Source of the DNA: Acutalibacteraceae bacterium
Lineage (GTDB): Bacteria > Bacillota > Clostridia > Oscillospirales > Acutalibacteraceae
Reading direction: 5' to 3'
Assembly (NCBI GenBank): GCA_051887355.1
Contig: JBJEZK010000007.1
Span: 3,497-67,496, forward strand
Length of the DNA: 64,000 nt
Shown: piece after piece, positions 17,106 to 25,714 of the stretch
Position numbering within the stretch: the first letter of the stretch is position 1
Layout: each line of letters opens with the position of its first letter
Made by a program: the position numbers and the translations under genes
The notes under the pieces: model-generated
Told to the model about the DNA's origin: nothing
Seen by the model: only the letters and a program-made list of their open reading frames with translations
Databases searched by the model: none

Positions 17106-17981
17106 CTAAATTTTAGCGGTAATTGTAATAATTGTCGATCCCGGCGTTGTTGTTACTATACCGGTATTTTTGTTTTGTGTGAATTTTGCAGGGGGAATTG
17201 ACAATGAAAAATCACTATTGTAGGAGGGTATTGTTATTTTTCCATCTATATATGAGTAATTTTTTGAACTCAACGGTTCTGAATTTACGGAAACATTTAA
17301 ATTTAGGGGAGCAGGATTAAATTCATCGCTGAATGCAACGCTTTTAGCTTCTATATTTCCGTAGTTGTACATAATAAAATTATACGTGATTATTTCTCCC
17401 GAAGTAATTGAATTAGGATACATGTATTTTATGAGGTTCACATCTGCCTTTTCATTAATATATATAGTGTGGGAAGATTCTATGCTATTTATCATATTGT
17501 CATAGGTAAGAGAAGAGGTGTTTTTTAGATATGACCCCTTGTTTAGGTTTGCGCATTTATTTACTTTTGTGCTGTAAAAGATGAGAGCGTTTGAAAGTGC
17601 CGGTATTTCTTCTATATTAAAAACAATTTTGTTTGAAAATATATCTGCTTCTATTTCGGAAAAAAATTTACCTCCAATGTAAATTTTCGAAGTTCCTGTA
17701 TACGAAAGAGGGGTGATGATTTTTTGAGTTATTTCTGAATTTATATTATGGGAAGCAAGATTATTACTGATTTTTATGTTTTTTATGTTTTTATTTTCGT
17801 TATTTGCGACGGAAATTATATACGTTATTGTATCGCCGAAAGAGTACGAATTTTCCACTGAAGATAATTTCATATTTAGTGGATCTTGTAAAGTGGCAAA
17901 TGCAGCATTTGATAAAACTTCTTCTTTTTTTGAGCCGTATTCAAAAGTAAGAGAAGCAGAATTTAAAATTTGAGTGGGCAT
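17106..17981 (-). CDS. DUF11-like repeat (beta-sandwich) protein without signal peptide; possible spore-surface protein
   Basis: Two repeats of the 'GD/ExITYxIxxxNxGNxxxxxVxxxDxL' type ('GDTITYIISVANNENKNIKNIKISNNL' and 'GEIITYNFIMYNYGNIEAKSVAFSDEF'). Strong GGAGG RBS. Confidence 0.45.
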   Translation of the reverse strand: MPTQILNSASLTFEYGSKKEEVLSNAAFATLQDPLNMKLSSVENSYSFGDTITYIISVANNENKNIKNIKISNNLASHNINSEITQKIITPLSYTGTSKIYIGGKFFSEIEADIFSNKIVFNIEEIPALSNALIFYSTKVNKCANLNKGSYLKNTSSLTYDNMINSIESSHTIYINEKADVNLIKYMYPNSITSGEIITYNFIMYNYGNIEAKSVAFSDEFNPAPLNLNVSVNSEPLSSKNYSYIDGKITIPSYNSDFSLSIPPAKFTQNKNTGIVTTTPGSTIITITAKI

Positions 17982-18290
17982 TAAGTATACCTCCGTTATG
18001 AGTTGGATTTTGATTTTGGGAAACCCCTGTTATTTTAATATATTCAACGGAATATAAAAGTGATAAAATCGCAGAATTGTATAGAGAAAATTAAAGGTTA
18101 AATGTAATTTTTTGTAATCAAAATGTAAACTTTGAAATTTTACGTTTTGCACAAATAAAATATTAAAATATGAGTATAAAAATCAAAATGATATAAAAAT
18201 AATGAAAAACACTAAATAAAATTATAAAAATTGCCAAATTTTCGTCAGAGACGTATATGAAAAATAACTAATTTTTTTAATTTTGATAGC

Positions 18291-18319
18291 TTGACAAAGT
18301 GCAAAATGTTTAATATCAT
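18291..18319 (+). promoter_or_regulatory. Sigma-A-type promoter upstream of the YabE-like gene
   Basis: TTGACA, 17 nt spacer, TATCAT. Confidence 0.5.
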
Positions 18320-18422
18320 GCTAAATAGGAGTTGATTAAACAGCTGCTGCAAGGTTACAAATTTGGAACAAATAACTACTTTTTTGATAGTAACTTTAAA
18401 AGTGAATACATAGGAGGTATGT

Positions 18423-19607
18423 ATGAAAATTAGCGCAAAAAGGGAGATCAACAAACAGATAAAAAAGATAGTGGCTCTAGGAGTGATGGGTGCAATTTGC
18501 ACGGTTTCTGTTTTCTCTATGGGCACTTTGTCTCACGAAGTTACAGTTGATGTGGATGAAAGCATTAAGATTTCTCATACTTTCAACACAGATACTTATA
18601 AGATTTTGGAACAAATGGGAATAGGGCTGTCGGAAAACGACACTGTTGACAGGCAGGACGGAGAAAATGGAGATATAAAGCTTGAAGTGAAAAGAGCTTT
18701 TAATGTGGTCGTTGTGAAAGGAAATGAGGAAAATTCAATTATGATTTCTTCCGGTACCGTGAAAGATGCCATAGAAAAATCTGGTATTGTCCTAGACAAG
18801 AATGACTCTGTAAATTATCCTTTGGACCGGGATTTAAATTCTGAAATGAAAATTGTTATTACACCAAAGGTAGAAATTAAAGTTAATTTTGGCGGAGAAG
18901 AAAAAAAGTATTTTGTTCCTGTCGGTAAGGTGTCCGAAGCTATCGATTACTTAGGCATTAAGCTTGCATCCACTGACCTTGTAAGCGCAGATATGGACTC
19001 AGATGTTTATGAGGGAATGGATTTGACTATAAATAAAGTTGAATATCGTGAAATAACGAAAAAAGAAGAAATTCCTTTCAATACAGTAGTAAAGTATAGT
19101 AATTTAGTAAGCGGAAACGATTCTGAAGTTAAATCAACAGGCAAAAAGGGCGAAAGAGAAATTGTATTAAGAGAAAAAGTTGTTGACGGAGTGGTTACCG
19201 AATCTCAAGAAATCAGCAACCAAGTTATAGTTGCTCCGGTTGATGAAATTGTTTTGAAAAATTCAAATTCGGCGTCTTCGAATCCGAAAAGTTCATCGAT
19301 TGATGATAGTTCCGGAAAAAATGTTTTATCCGGTTCTGCAACGGCTTATACTGCCGAATGTGGAGCAAGGACTTCAACCGGTGCTGTTCCAACCCAAGGA
19401 GTTACGGTGGCAGTAAATCCCGAAATAATACCATATGGAAAAAAGCTTCTCATAAAGTCTACGGATGGTTCTTTTGTATGGCACGGAGTTGCTCAGGACA
19501 CAGGTGGAGCTTTAAAAAGAGGAAGTGCGCTTGTAGATATTTATATGGACTCAAGGGTCGACTGTATAAAATTTGGAAGAAAAAGAGTTAATGTATATTT
19601 TGAGTAA
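18423..19607 (+). CDS. yabE: YabE-like cell-wall protein (DUF348 repeats + G5 + 3D/RlpA-like domain)
   Basis: N-terminal TM anchor. G5-like 'EIPFNTVVKYSNL...KGEREIVLREKVVDG'. 3D domain 'ATAYTAECGARTSTG...VAVNPEIIPYGKKLLI...GVAQDTGGALKRGSALVDIYM'. Confidence 0.85.
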   Translation: MKISAKREINKQIKKIVALGVMGAICTVSVFSMGTLSHEVTVDVDESIKISHTFNTDTYKILEQMGIGLSENDTVDRQDGENGDIKLEVKRAFNVVVVKGNEENSIMISSGTVKDAIEKSGIVLDKNDSVNYPLDRDLNSEMKIVITPKVEIKVNFGGEEKKYFVPVGKVSEAIDYLGIKLASTDLVSADMDSDVYEGMDLTINKVEYREITKKEEIPFNTVVKYSNLVSGNDSEVKSTGKKGEREIVLREKVVDGVVTESQEISNQVIVAPVDEIVLKNSNSASSNPKSSSIDDSSGKNVLSGSATAYTAECGARTSTGAVPTQGVTVAVNPEIIPYGKKLLIKSTDGSFVWHGVAQDTGGALKRGSALVDIYMDSRVDCIKFGRKRVNVYFE

Positions 19608-19628
19608 TTGGTTTTGATATAAAATTTA

Positions 19629-20786
19629 TTAATTAAAGGTATTCACGTTCTTCGAACGTGGATATTTTTTATTTTTATAGTTTACGCAGATGACAAAATA
19701 TAATGCTAGTATTACCAAAAGTACACTGCCTAAATTTGTTGAAGAAAAAGCAACTTGAGGTTGTGCGGATACATTTAAAAATGTAGGATAACACTGCGGA
19801 AGTAATTCTAATGTTGCCGGAACGATTATAACTGTAAGAAAGCCATTTAGCAGTCTATAGGCCGTGAAGTTTGTGAAGTTAAAATTGTCTTTGCCGAAAA
19901 TTGATTTTATTTGGAGGTGGGCACAAATACCTCCGAATCCTACTGCGAATAAAATTATACCGGTGGATGCATTTTTGGAAATGACTTCATTGCATCCCGA
20001 AGTCATTTCCAATATGGAAATAAAAATCGCACGGAAATCATTTGCATAATTGTTGGAATAGAAAAAACAATTTAGAAAATCTTTTTTTAGAAAAGTAGCG
20101 TTTAAAATTTCGATGACAGTATAAAATGTTATTATAAGAGCACTCATGTTAATTATTGATATCGATGCATCAGAACAGGATTGTACAATTGAATCGGAAA
20201 TATTTATTTTTTTATCTTTACATATGTCTTCGGTTGAATAAAATTCCAATTTTTTTTTTCGTGCAAATATCCCGGAGAGTATTCCTATAAAAATTGATAA
20301 AATCACTTGGGTGACAAAAATTAAATATCCCAGTCTGTAATTTTTTAAAAGTATATTTCCTACAATTTCTATTATAAAAGCGGGTCCCGCATTAACTGCA
20401 AAAGACATTAGTCTGTTTAGTTGTTCTGTGTTTATTTCGCCTGAATCATACAAGCTTTTTGCGCCACGAGCTCCTACAGGGTACCCTCCTATAAGACTTA
20501 AAATTATGACGGGAGCGGTGCATCCGGGCAAATAAAACAGAAATTTGGTAGTGGCAGTTGTAAATTTTGATAAGTTTTGAATTAGTCCTGAATTTACGAT
20601 AAATGACGTGAATATCATAAAAATAAAAAGCGAAGGAATTAAAGTATTTGCGCAATATAATATTCCTTTTCGCGCTCCTACGGATGCAGAAGATATATTT
20701 GATATTATTCCTGCCGGGATAAAAATCAATGTAAGTAGAAGAAAAGCGGATTTTAAGATTTTAATATTTTTTAAATAATATTTCAT
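19629..20786 (-). CDS. ylbJ: Sporulation integral membrane protein YlbJ (nucleoside-recognition/Gate-domain family)
   Basis: Polytopic membrane protein. 'GGYPVGARGAKSLYDSGEINTEQLNRLMSFAVNAGPAF' parallels the B. subtilis YlbJ core. Confidence 0.65.
   Translation of the reverse strand: MKYYLKNIKILKSAFLLLTLIFIPAGIISNISSASVGARKGILYCANTLIPSLFIFMIFTSFIVNSGLIQNLSKFTTATTKFLFYLPGCTAPVIILSLIGGYPVGARGAKSLYDSGEINTEQLNRLMSFAVNAGPAFIIEIVGNILLKNYRLGYLIFVTQVILSIFIGILSGIFARKKKLEFYSTEDICKDKKINISDSIVQSCSDASISIINMSALIITFYTVIEILNATFLKKDFLNCFFYSNNYANDFRAIFISILEMTSGCNEVISKNASTGIILFAVGFGGICAHLQIKSIFGKDNFNFTNFTAYRLLNGFLTVIIVPATLELLPQCYPTFLNVSAQPQVAFSSTNLGSVLLVILALYFVICVNYKNKKYPRSKNVNTFN
19641..19676 (+). terminator. 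Rho-independent terminator of the yabE-like gene, embedded in the 3' end of convergent ylbJ
   Basis: ATTCACGTTC / GAACGTGGAT stem followed by TTTTTTATTTTT. Confidence 0.75.
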
Positions 20787-20886
20787 TTTTTATCACCCTA
20801 TAAAATATATATGAATTAGGAATCTACTTTTATTTGTTAAATATTTGATTGGAGATTTTATCATGCAGAAAGGTGGCGGCTTACAT

Positions 20887-21171
20887 ATGAAGAAAAAATC
20901 TTCTTTTCAAAAAGCAAAGAAATTATTGTCGGACTGGAATAAGTCGCCTCTCGCTGACATGTTAAGCAGCACACGAATTGAATTTAAAAGTAACAAAGAA
21001 GTTGTTGTAGAGGGCTGCAAAAGTATTGATCAGTACGATGAAAATATGATTAAAATAAAGGTTGCCAAAATGGCGATATTATTTTTTGGAAGAAATTTAG
21101 AGCTTAAATGTATGACTTCTGATTCCCTGGTTATTTATGGATTTATCACATCGGTTGAGTTTGTCACTTGA
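20887..21171 (+). CDS. yqfC: Sporulation protein YqfC
   Basis: 94 aa. 'RIEFKSNKEVVVEGCKSIDQYDENMIKIKV...LELKCMTSDSLVIYGFITSVEF' is typical of YqfC. A yqfD gene follows. Confidence 0.85.
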   Translation: MKKKSSFQKAKKLLSDWNKSPLADMLSSTRIEFKSNKEVVVEGCKSIDQYDENMIKIKVAKMAILFFGRNLELKCMTSDSLVIYGFITSVEFVT

Positions 21172-21193
21172 CGAACAAAAAAACACAAGATTG

Positions 21194-22390
21194 ATGGGAG
21201 TGCAACAGAAATTGGTTTTAAATATTGTACGATGGTTTTTGGGGTATATTTCATTTGAAATCGAAGGCGAGTGCGCAGAAAAAGTTATAAATAAGTTTAT
21301 CAAAGAAAAGATAAGTGTATGGAACATAAAAAAAATCGGAAAAACTTTTTATGGTAGAGTTCTGGAGCCGGATTTGAAAAATTTCGAAAAAATAGTCACA
21401 GACAATAATTGCATTTATAAAATCAGAGGTGAAAAAGGATGGCCATTTTTTAGAAATAAATACCGAAAAAGAATAGGATTTGTGATAGGTGTAGTGTCTT
21501 TTTTGTGCGTTATTTATTCATTTTCGTTTTATATTTGGAGCGTAAAAGTGTATGGAAATGAAAATTTAACCAAAGAGGAGGTTTTGAAAACCGTAAAAGA
21601 GTTGGGAGTTTATCCGGGAGTTTCGAAAAAAAGTATAAATTTTCCTTTAATTGAACAGATGGCTATGATAAAATTGAAAGACGTGGCGTGGATGTCAATC
21701 AATGTTTCCGGGAGCTGCGTCAATATATCTTTGAAAGAAAAGTTGAAACAACCGGAATTTGTTACCAAGGGCGAGCCTTGTAATATAGTCGCCAAGTGTG
21801 ATGGGCAAATTGAAAAAATAGAAACATATAGCGGAACGGCCTGCGTTAATGTTAGCGATGTGGTTACTCAAGGTCAACTGTTAATTAGCGGAATTGTAGA
21901 AAATCTTAATAGTGAAAATTCTTTTGTATGTGCAGAGGGTAAAGTTTTTGCTAAAGTGAGAAAAAATATTATTCAAAAAGTAGAAATTAATCAGCCAAGA
22001 GCTCGAGATACAGGAAAAGTGATAAAAAAATATACTATTTATATTTTTGACACCAAAATTCCTATAGGAAGCCACAAGAATATAAGTGATAATTACAGAT
22101 TAGAAGAAAAGGAAAATAAAGTAGTGATTTTTGGCTTTGAATTACCTATTAAAGTGAAAAGTGATGTTTATAATGAACAAATTTATGAAGAAATTTCTTT
22201 GTCAGAAGAGGAAGCTTATGCGGAGTTGGAAAAAAGCATGGCTGCAAGGGAAGAGGAGGAGCTTTTGGGATGCGAAATTTTAGAAAAAAAATCAGAAAAA
22301 TATGTCGAAGGAGAGCAAGCAGTTATGAACAATACTTACCTTTATGTGGAAAATATAGGTAAAAAAGAAAAGATTTTATTTGAAGATTAG
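21194..22390 (+). CDS. yqfD: Sporulation protein YqfD (stage IV-type)
   Basis: About 400 aa with one central TM ('IGFVIGVVSFLCVIYSFSFYIW'). Position after yqfC fits. Start is uncertain: ATG at 21194 or the ORF-track ATG at 21137, which overlaps yqfC. Confidence 0.85.
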   Translation: MGVQQKLVLNIVRWFLGYISFEIEGECAEKVINKFIKEKISVWNIKKIGKTFYGRVLEPDLKNFEKIVTDNNCIYKIRGEKGWPFFRNKYRKRIGFVIGVVSFLCVIYSFSFYIWSVKVYGNENLTKEEVLKTVKELGVYPGVSKKSINFPLIEQMAMIKLKDVAWMSINVSGSCVNISLKEKLKQPEFVTKGEPCNIVAKCDGQIEKIETYSGTACVNVSDVVTQGQLLISGIVENLNSENSFVCAEGKVFAKVRKNIIQKVEINQPRARDTGKVIKKYTIYIFDTKIPIGSHKNISDNYRLEEKENKVVIFGFELPIKVKSDVYNEQIYEEISLSEEEAYAELEKSMAAREEEELLGCEILEKKSEKYVEGEQAVMNNTYLYVENIGKKEKILFED

Positions 22391-22461
22391 TAAAATATTC
22401 ACTAAAAAGTAAAAGGCGTGTTTTGGCATCGTAAAATTATTTTATATTTATAATAAAGTGT

Positions 22462-22490
22462 TTGACAAGATAGAAACTTTGCATTATAAT
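22462..22490 (+). promoter_or_regulatory. Perfect consensus sigma-A promoter, 245 nt upstream of ybeY
   Basis: TTGACA, 17 nt spacer, TATAAT. Confidence 0.75.
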
Positions 22491-22734
22491 TAATATTTGT
22501 AAAACATTTTGCAAATGCGCCTTGTGACATTAAGAAAATTGATTTGTTTTAACAAAAAATCTTGTAAAATAACGAGAAATCGTATCAAATTAGCCAAAGA
22601 ACGTATTGTTAAGAGAATGTTACGAAACTTATTGTTGATAATTAGCGGATAAAGCAAAAGTTTTTTAGTAAAGAATAATAAAATTTATATGAATGAAAAA
22701 TTTCTTGTGTATTAATTCAGGAGGATGAAATTTA

Positions 22735-23253
22735 ATGGTTGTTGACAAAACTAGGGTTATTATAGTGAATAGACAAAAGGAGATAAAGATTCCGACGGGA
22801 ATTCGCATGCTTATAAGAAGATGCTGTAATGCAGTGCTTAAGCTCGAAAAATTTAAAGGTTCGGCTGAAGTGAGTGTTACCATAGTTGATAATGCGTACA
22901 TACAAAGTTTAAATAAGCAATATAGAGATAAAGACGTGCCTACTGATGTGCTTTCGTTCCCTATGGGCGAAGGCGGAGTTTACGAAGTTGACCCTGAAAC
23001 TAATTCTCAAATTTTAGGAGATATAGTAATTTCTATGGAAAAGGTTTTGGAGCAGAGTAAATTGTATGGACACAGTTTAAGGAAAGAAGTAGCATATTTG
23101 ACTGCTCATGGAATGCTCCATTTGCTTGGATACGATCATGAACAAGGCGGAATTGAAAAAATGCGTATGAGAGAAAGAGAAGACAGAGTGCTTGATTTGC
23201 TGGGATTTTCTAATGCAGTTTCCTATGTATTGGACGAAGAAGAAACCGAGTAG
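22735..23253 (+). CDS. ybeY: rRNA maturation endoribonuclease YbeY
   Basis: 'HGMLHLLGYDH' zinc motif. GGAGGA RBS. Confidence 0.95.
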   Translation: MVVDKTRVIIVNRQKEIKIPTGIRMLIRRCCNAVLKLEKFKGSAEVSVTIVDNAYIQSLNKQYRDKDVPTDVLSFPMGEGGVYEVDPETNSQILGDIVISMEKVLEQSKLYGHSLRKEVAYLTAHGMLHLLGYDHEQGGIEKMRMREREDRVLDLLGFSNAVSYVLDEEETE

Positions 23254-23254
23254 C

Positions 23255-23776
23255 ATGAGAATTTTAAAAAGTTTTAAGTATGCGGTTAGGGGTATCATTT
23301 ATACCATAAGAAACGAGCGAAATATGAGAATACATTCGGTCGTTTCTCTTTGTGTTATTTTTCTTTCTTTCTTTTTTAATTTATCTCCGGAAAAGTATTG
23401 TATTTTAGGCTTGACCATATCTTTTGTGGTTGTTACCGAAGTCATAAACAGTGCGCTGGAAAGTTTGATGGATTTATGTGCAAAAGATTACAACTCGACT
23501 GTCAAATCAGCCAAAGATATGGCTGCAGGAGCGGTTCTGATAGCTTCTATCGTAGCTTTTATTGTCGGAGTGATATTATTTAGCGACGTTGAAGGCTATA
23601 AAAAGTTAGGTGATTTTTGTATTCGGTACCCTTGGGTTATTTTTCCGATATCTATTTGCGTGGTGATGGGATATTTTTATATATTCTTAGGGCCAACCGA
23701 AGTTAAAAATAGAATGAAGCTAAAATTTAAAAATATAGCAAATAAGTTAAATATTAAAAGGTTTAACGGGAGGTAA
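23255..23776 (+). CDS. dgkA: Diacylglycerol/undecaprenol kinase DgkA with a C-terminal extra-TM extension
   Basis: 'FKYAVRGIIYTIRNERNMRIH', 'EVINSALESLMD' and 'AKDMAAGAVL' are typical of DgkA. 173 aa against the usual roughly 120. Confidence 0.85.
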   Translation: MRILKSFKYAVRGIIYTIRNERNMRIHSVVSLCVIFLSFFFNLSPEKYCILGLTISFVVVTEVINSALESLMDLCAKDYNSTVKSAKDMAAGAVLIASIVAFIVGVILFSDVEGYKKLGDFCIRYPWVIFPISICVVMGYFYIFLGPTEVKNRMKLKFKNIANKLNIKRFNGR

Positions 23777-23778
23777 AT

Positions 23779-24690
23779 TTGGACAATATAGACACAAAAT
23801 CTTTATTTATTTCGGTGGTAGGGAAGCCCAATGTAGGAAAGTCTTCTTTAGTTAATATGGTTGTAAATTCAAAAATTTCTATTGTTTCTCCTAAGCCGCA
23901 AACTACTCGTGATAAGATTATAGGAATTTTTACAGATAATGGCACGCAACTTGTTTTTGTTGATACACCCGGGCTTCTTTCTCCTAAAAACAGGCTGGGC
24001 GAGTATATGGTTGCTCAAATAAATAGTTCTTTTTCAGGCGCAGAAGCTATTTTGCATGTTGTTGATGTTAGAGATAATTTGAGCCAATTAGATAAAAAAT
24101 TAATTGAAAAATTTAAAAAATTGAGTATACCTGTAGTGCTTGTCATAAATAAGATAGATTTGTTAAGAGATAAAACTTTGCTGATTAAAGAAATAGACAA
24201 GTGGAGAAACGAATTTTCTTATTCGGATATAATTCCGGTTTCTGCAAAAACAGGGGATGGTAGAAAGATTTTAATTGAGGAATTGACTAAGTTTGCAATG
24301 CCATCGGTATTCTTTTTTGGTGAAGATGACATAACTGATAGGAGTATGCGGAATTTAGCAGCGGATATAATAAGAGAAAAGCTTCTATATGCTTTAGATA
24401 AAGAGTTGCCCCATGGAATAGCTGTTTCAATTGAAAGATTTAAGTACCGAAACGACACTTTAGTTGATATGGATGCGGTTATTTACTGTGAAAAGTCCAA
24501 CCATAAATCCATGATTATAGGAAAAAATGGAAATATGATAAAGAGAGTCGGAACATATGCTCGAAAAGATTTAGAAAATATAATAGGTTGTAAAGTAAAT
24601 CTAAAATTATGGGTAAAAGTTAAGGAAAATTGGAGAAATCGTGAAAATATTCTGAATAATTTGGGATATAACGAGTTTAATATAAAGTAA
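23779..24690 (+). CDS. era: GTPase Era
   Basis: TTG start. 'GKPNVGKSSLVN', 'DTPG' and 'NKID' G motifs. C-terminal KH domain ('IYCEKSNHKSMIIGKNG'). Confidence 0.95.
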   Translation: MDNIDTKSLFISVVGKPNVGKSSLVNMVVNSKISIVSPKPQTTRDKIIGIFTDNGTQLVFVDTPGLLSPKNRLGEYMVAQINSSFSGAEAILHVVDVRDNLSQLDKKLIEKFKKLSIPVVLVINKIDLLRDKTLLIKEIDKWRNEFSYSDIIPVSAKTGDGRKILIEELTKFAMPSVFFFGEDDITDRSMRNLAADIIREKLLYALDKELPHGIAVSIERFKYRNDTLVDMDAVIYCEKSNHKSMIIGKNGNMIKRVGTYARKDLENIIGCKVNLKLWVKVKENWRNRENILNNLGYNEFNIK

Positions 24691-24764
24691 ACAAAAATAT
24701 TTGTTAAATTATATTAAAATTTTTAAAATATATCTATATTTTTTATTTGAATAGTAGTATAATG

Positions 24765-24811
24765 TCCTTTAGAGATAGGCTTAAATTTTTAAAAGTTTAT
24801 ATCTCTAAAGG
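24765..24811 (+). promoter_or_regulatory. 13-bp hairpin whose 3' arm contains the yqzL Shine-Dalgarno sequence
   Basis: TCCTTTAGAGATA ... TATCTCTAAAGGA is a perfect inverted repeat with a 21-nt loop. The 3' arm runs into AAAGGAGG. No T-run follows, so it is not a terminator. Confidence 0.5.
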
Positions 24812-24821
24812 AGGCATTTGA

Positions 24822-24989
24822 GATGATGGATAACAATTCGGCATGGGAAAAATTTCAAGAATCAGGTAGCGTGATGGATTATTTGAAATACAAAAAATCC
24901 GGGGTTGAAAATTTGCTCCCTGCTTTTAATAAATATAATGACTCTCAAGGTGAGAAAAATGCACATAGAAATAAAAGGGATAATCATTA
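24822..24989 (+). CDS. yqzL: YqzL-family small protein (55 aa)
   Basis: Not in the ORF track because it is under 60 aa. AAAGGAGG RBS. 'AWEKFQESGSVMDYLKYKK' matches the YqzL pattern. Conserved era-yqzL-recO position. Overlaps the recO start by 31 nt. Confidence 0.7.
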
Positions 24990-25714
24990 AAGAGGCTAAT
25001 TACAAGGATAATGATAAAGTTTTGACTATATTTACGGCTGAACGTGGTGTTATTTCTGCGGTTGCTAGGGGCTGTAAGAAAATAAAAAATCGAATAGGAG
25101 CAATGCTTCAGGTGTTCTCGTATTGCTCTTTTGTGCTGAGCACAACTTCGAATGGATATTTTGTGCAGGATGCTGTGGTGAATGAAATTTTTTTTGGATT
25201 AAGGGGAGATTTGGAAAAACTTGCTTTAGCACAGTACTTTTGTGAACTCACTCTTGCACTCTCTCCTGAGTATCCCGATTCGCAAGATTTTTTGAAGTTA
25301 CTTTTAAACTCGTTGTTTTATATATCAAATGGTAAAAAGAATGATAAAGTTTTGAAAAGTATTTTTGAACTCAGAGGATGTTCGATGTGTGGATATGAAC
25401 CGAATTTAGTTGGTTGTGCTGAGTGCAAAAAATATATCGCCCCTACAATGAATTTTTCTATTGATAAGGGCGTTTTAGTGTGTGAAGAGTGCAAAAAACG
25501 TGAAGAAAATGCTATTTTTTATAAGATTTCGGAGCCTGTTGTATTGTCGTTAAAATATATTGTGTACTCTCCGATTGATAAAATTTTTTCATTTAAAATA
25601 TCAACTTCATGTATAAAAATTCTTTCTAAAATTACGGAAATATATATAGTATTCCATTTGAACTGTAAATTTAAATCTCTTGATTTCTATAATAGTTTAA
25701 CAAATCTGAATTAA
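24959..25714 (+). CDS. recO: DNA repair protein RecO
   Basis: 'GIIIKEANYKDNDKVLTIFTAERGVISAVARG' OB-fold start. Zinc finger 'CAECKK...CEECKK'. Confidence 0.9.
   Translation: MHIEIKGIIIKEANYKDNDKVLTIFTAERGVISAVARGCKKIKNRIGAMLQVFSYCSFVLSTTSNGYFVQDAVVNEIFFGLRGDLEKLALAQYFCELTLALSPEYPDSQDFLKLLLNSLFYISNGKKNDKVLKSIFELRGCSMCGYEPNLVGCAECKKYIAPTMNFSIDKGVLVCEECKKREENAIFYKISEPVVLSLKYIVYSPIDKIFSFKISTSCIKILSKITEIYIVFHLNCKFKSLDFYNSLTNLN

Noticed and set aside
18320-18422. Looked for a cyclic-di-AMP (ydaO-type) riboswitch ahead of the YabE-like cell-wall gene
   Set aside because: The roughly 100-nt leader lacks the G/C-rich conserved cores (ACGGGG- and CCCA-type elements). No pseudo-symmetric fold is apparent.
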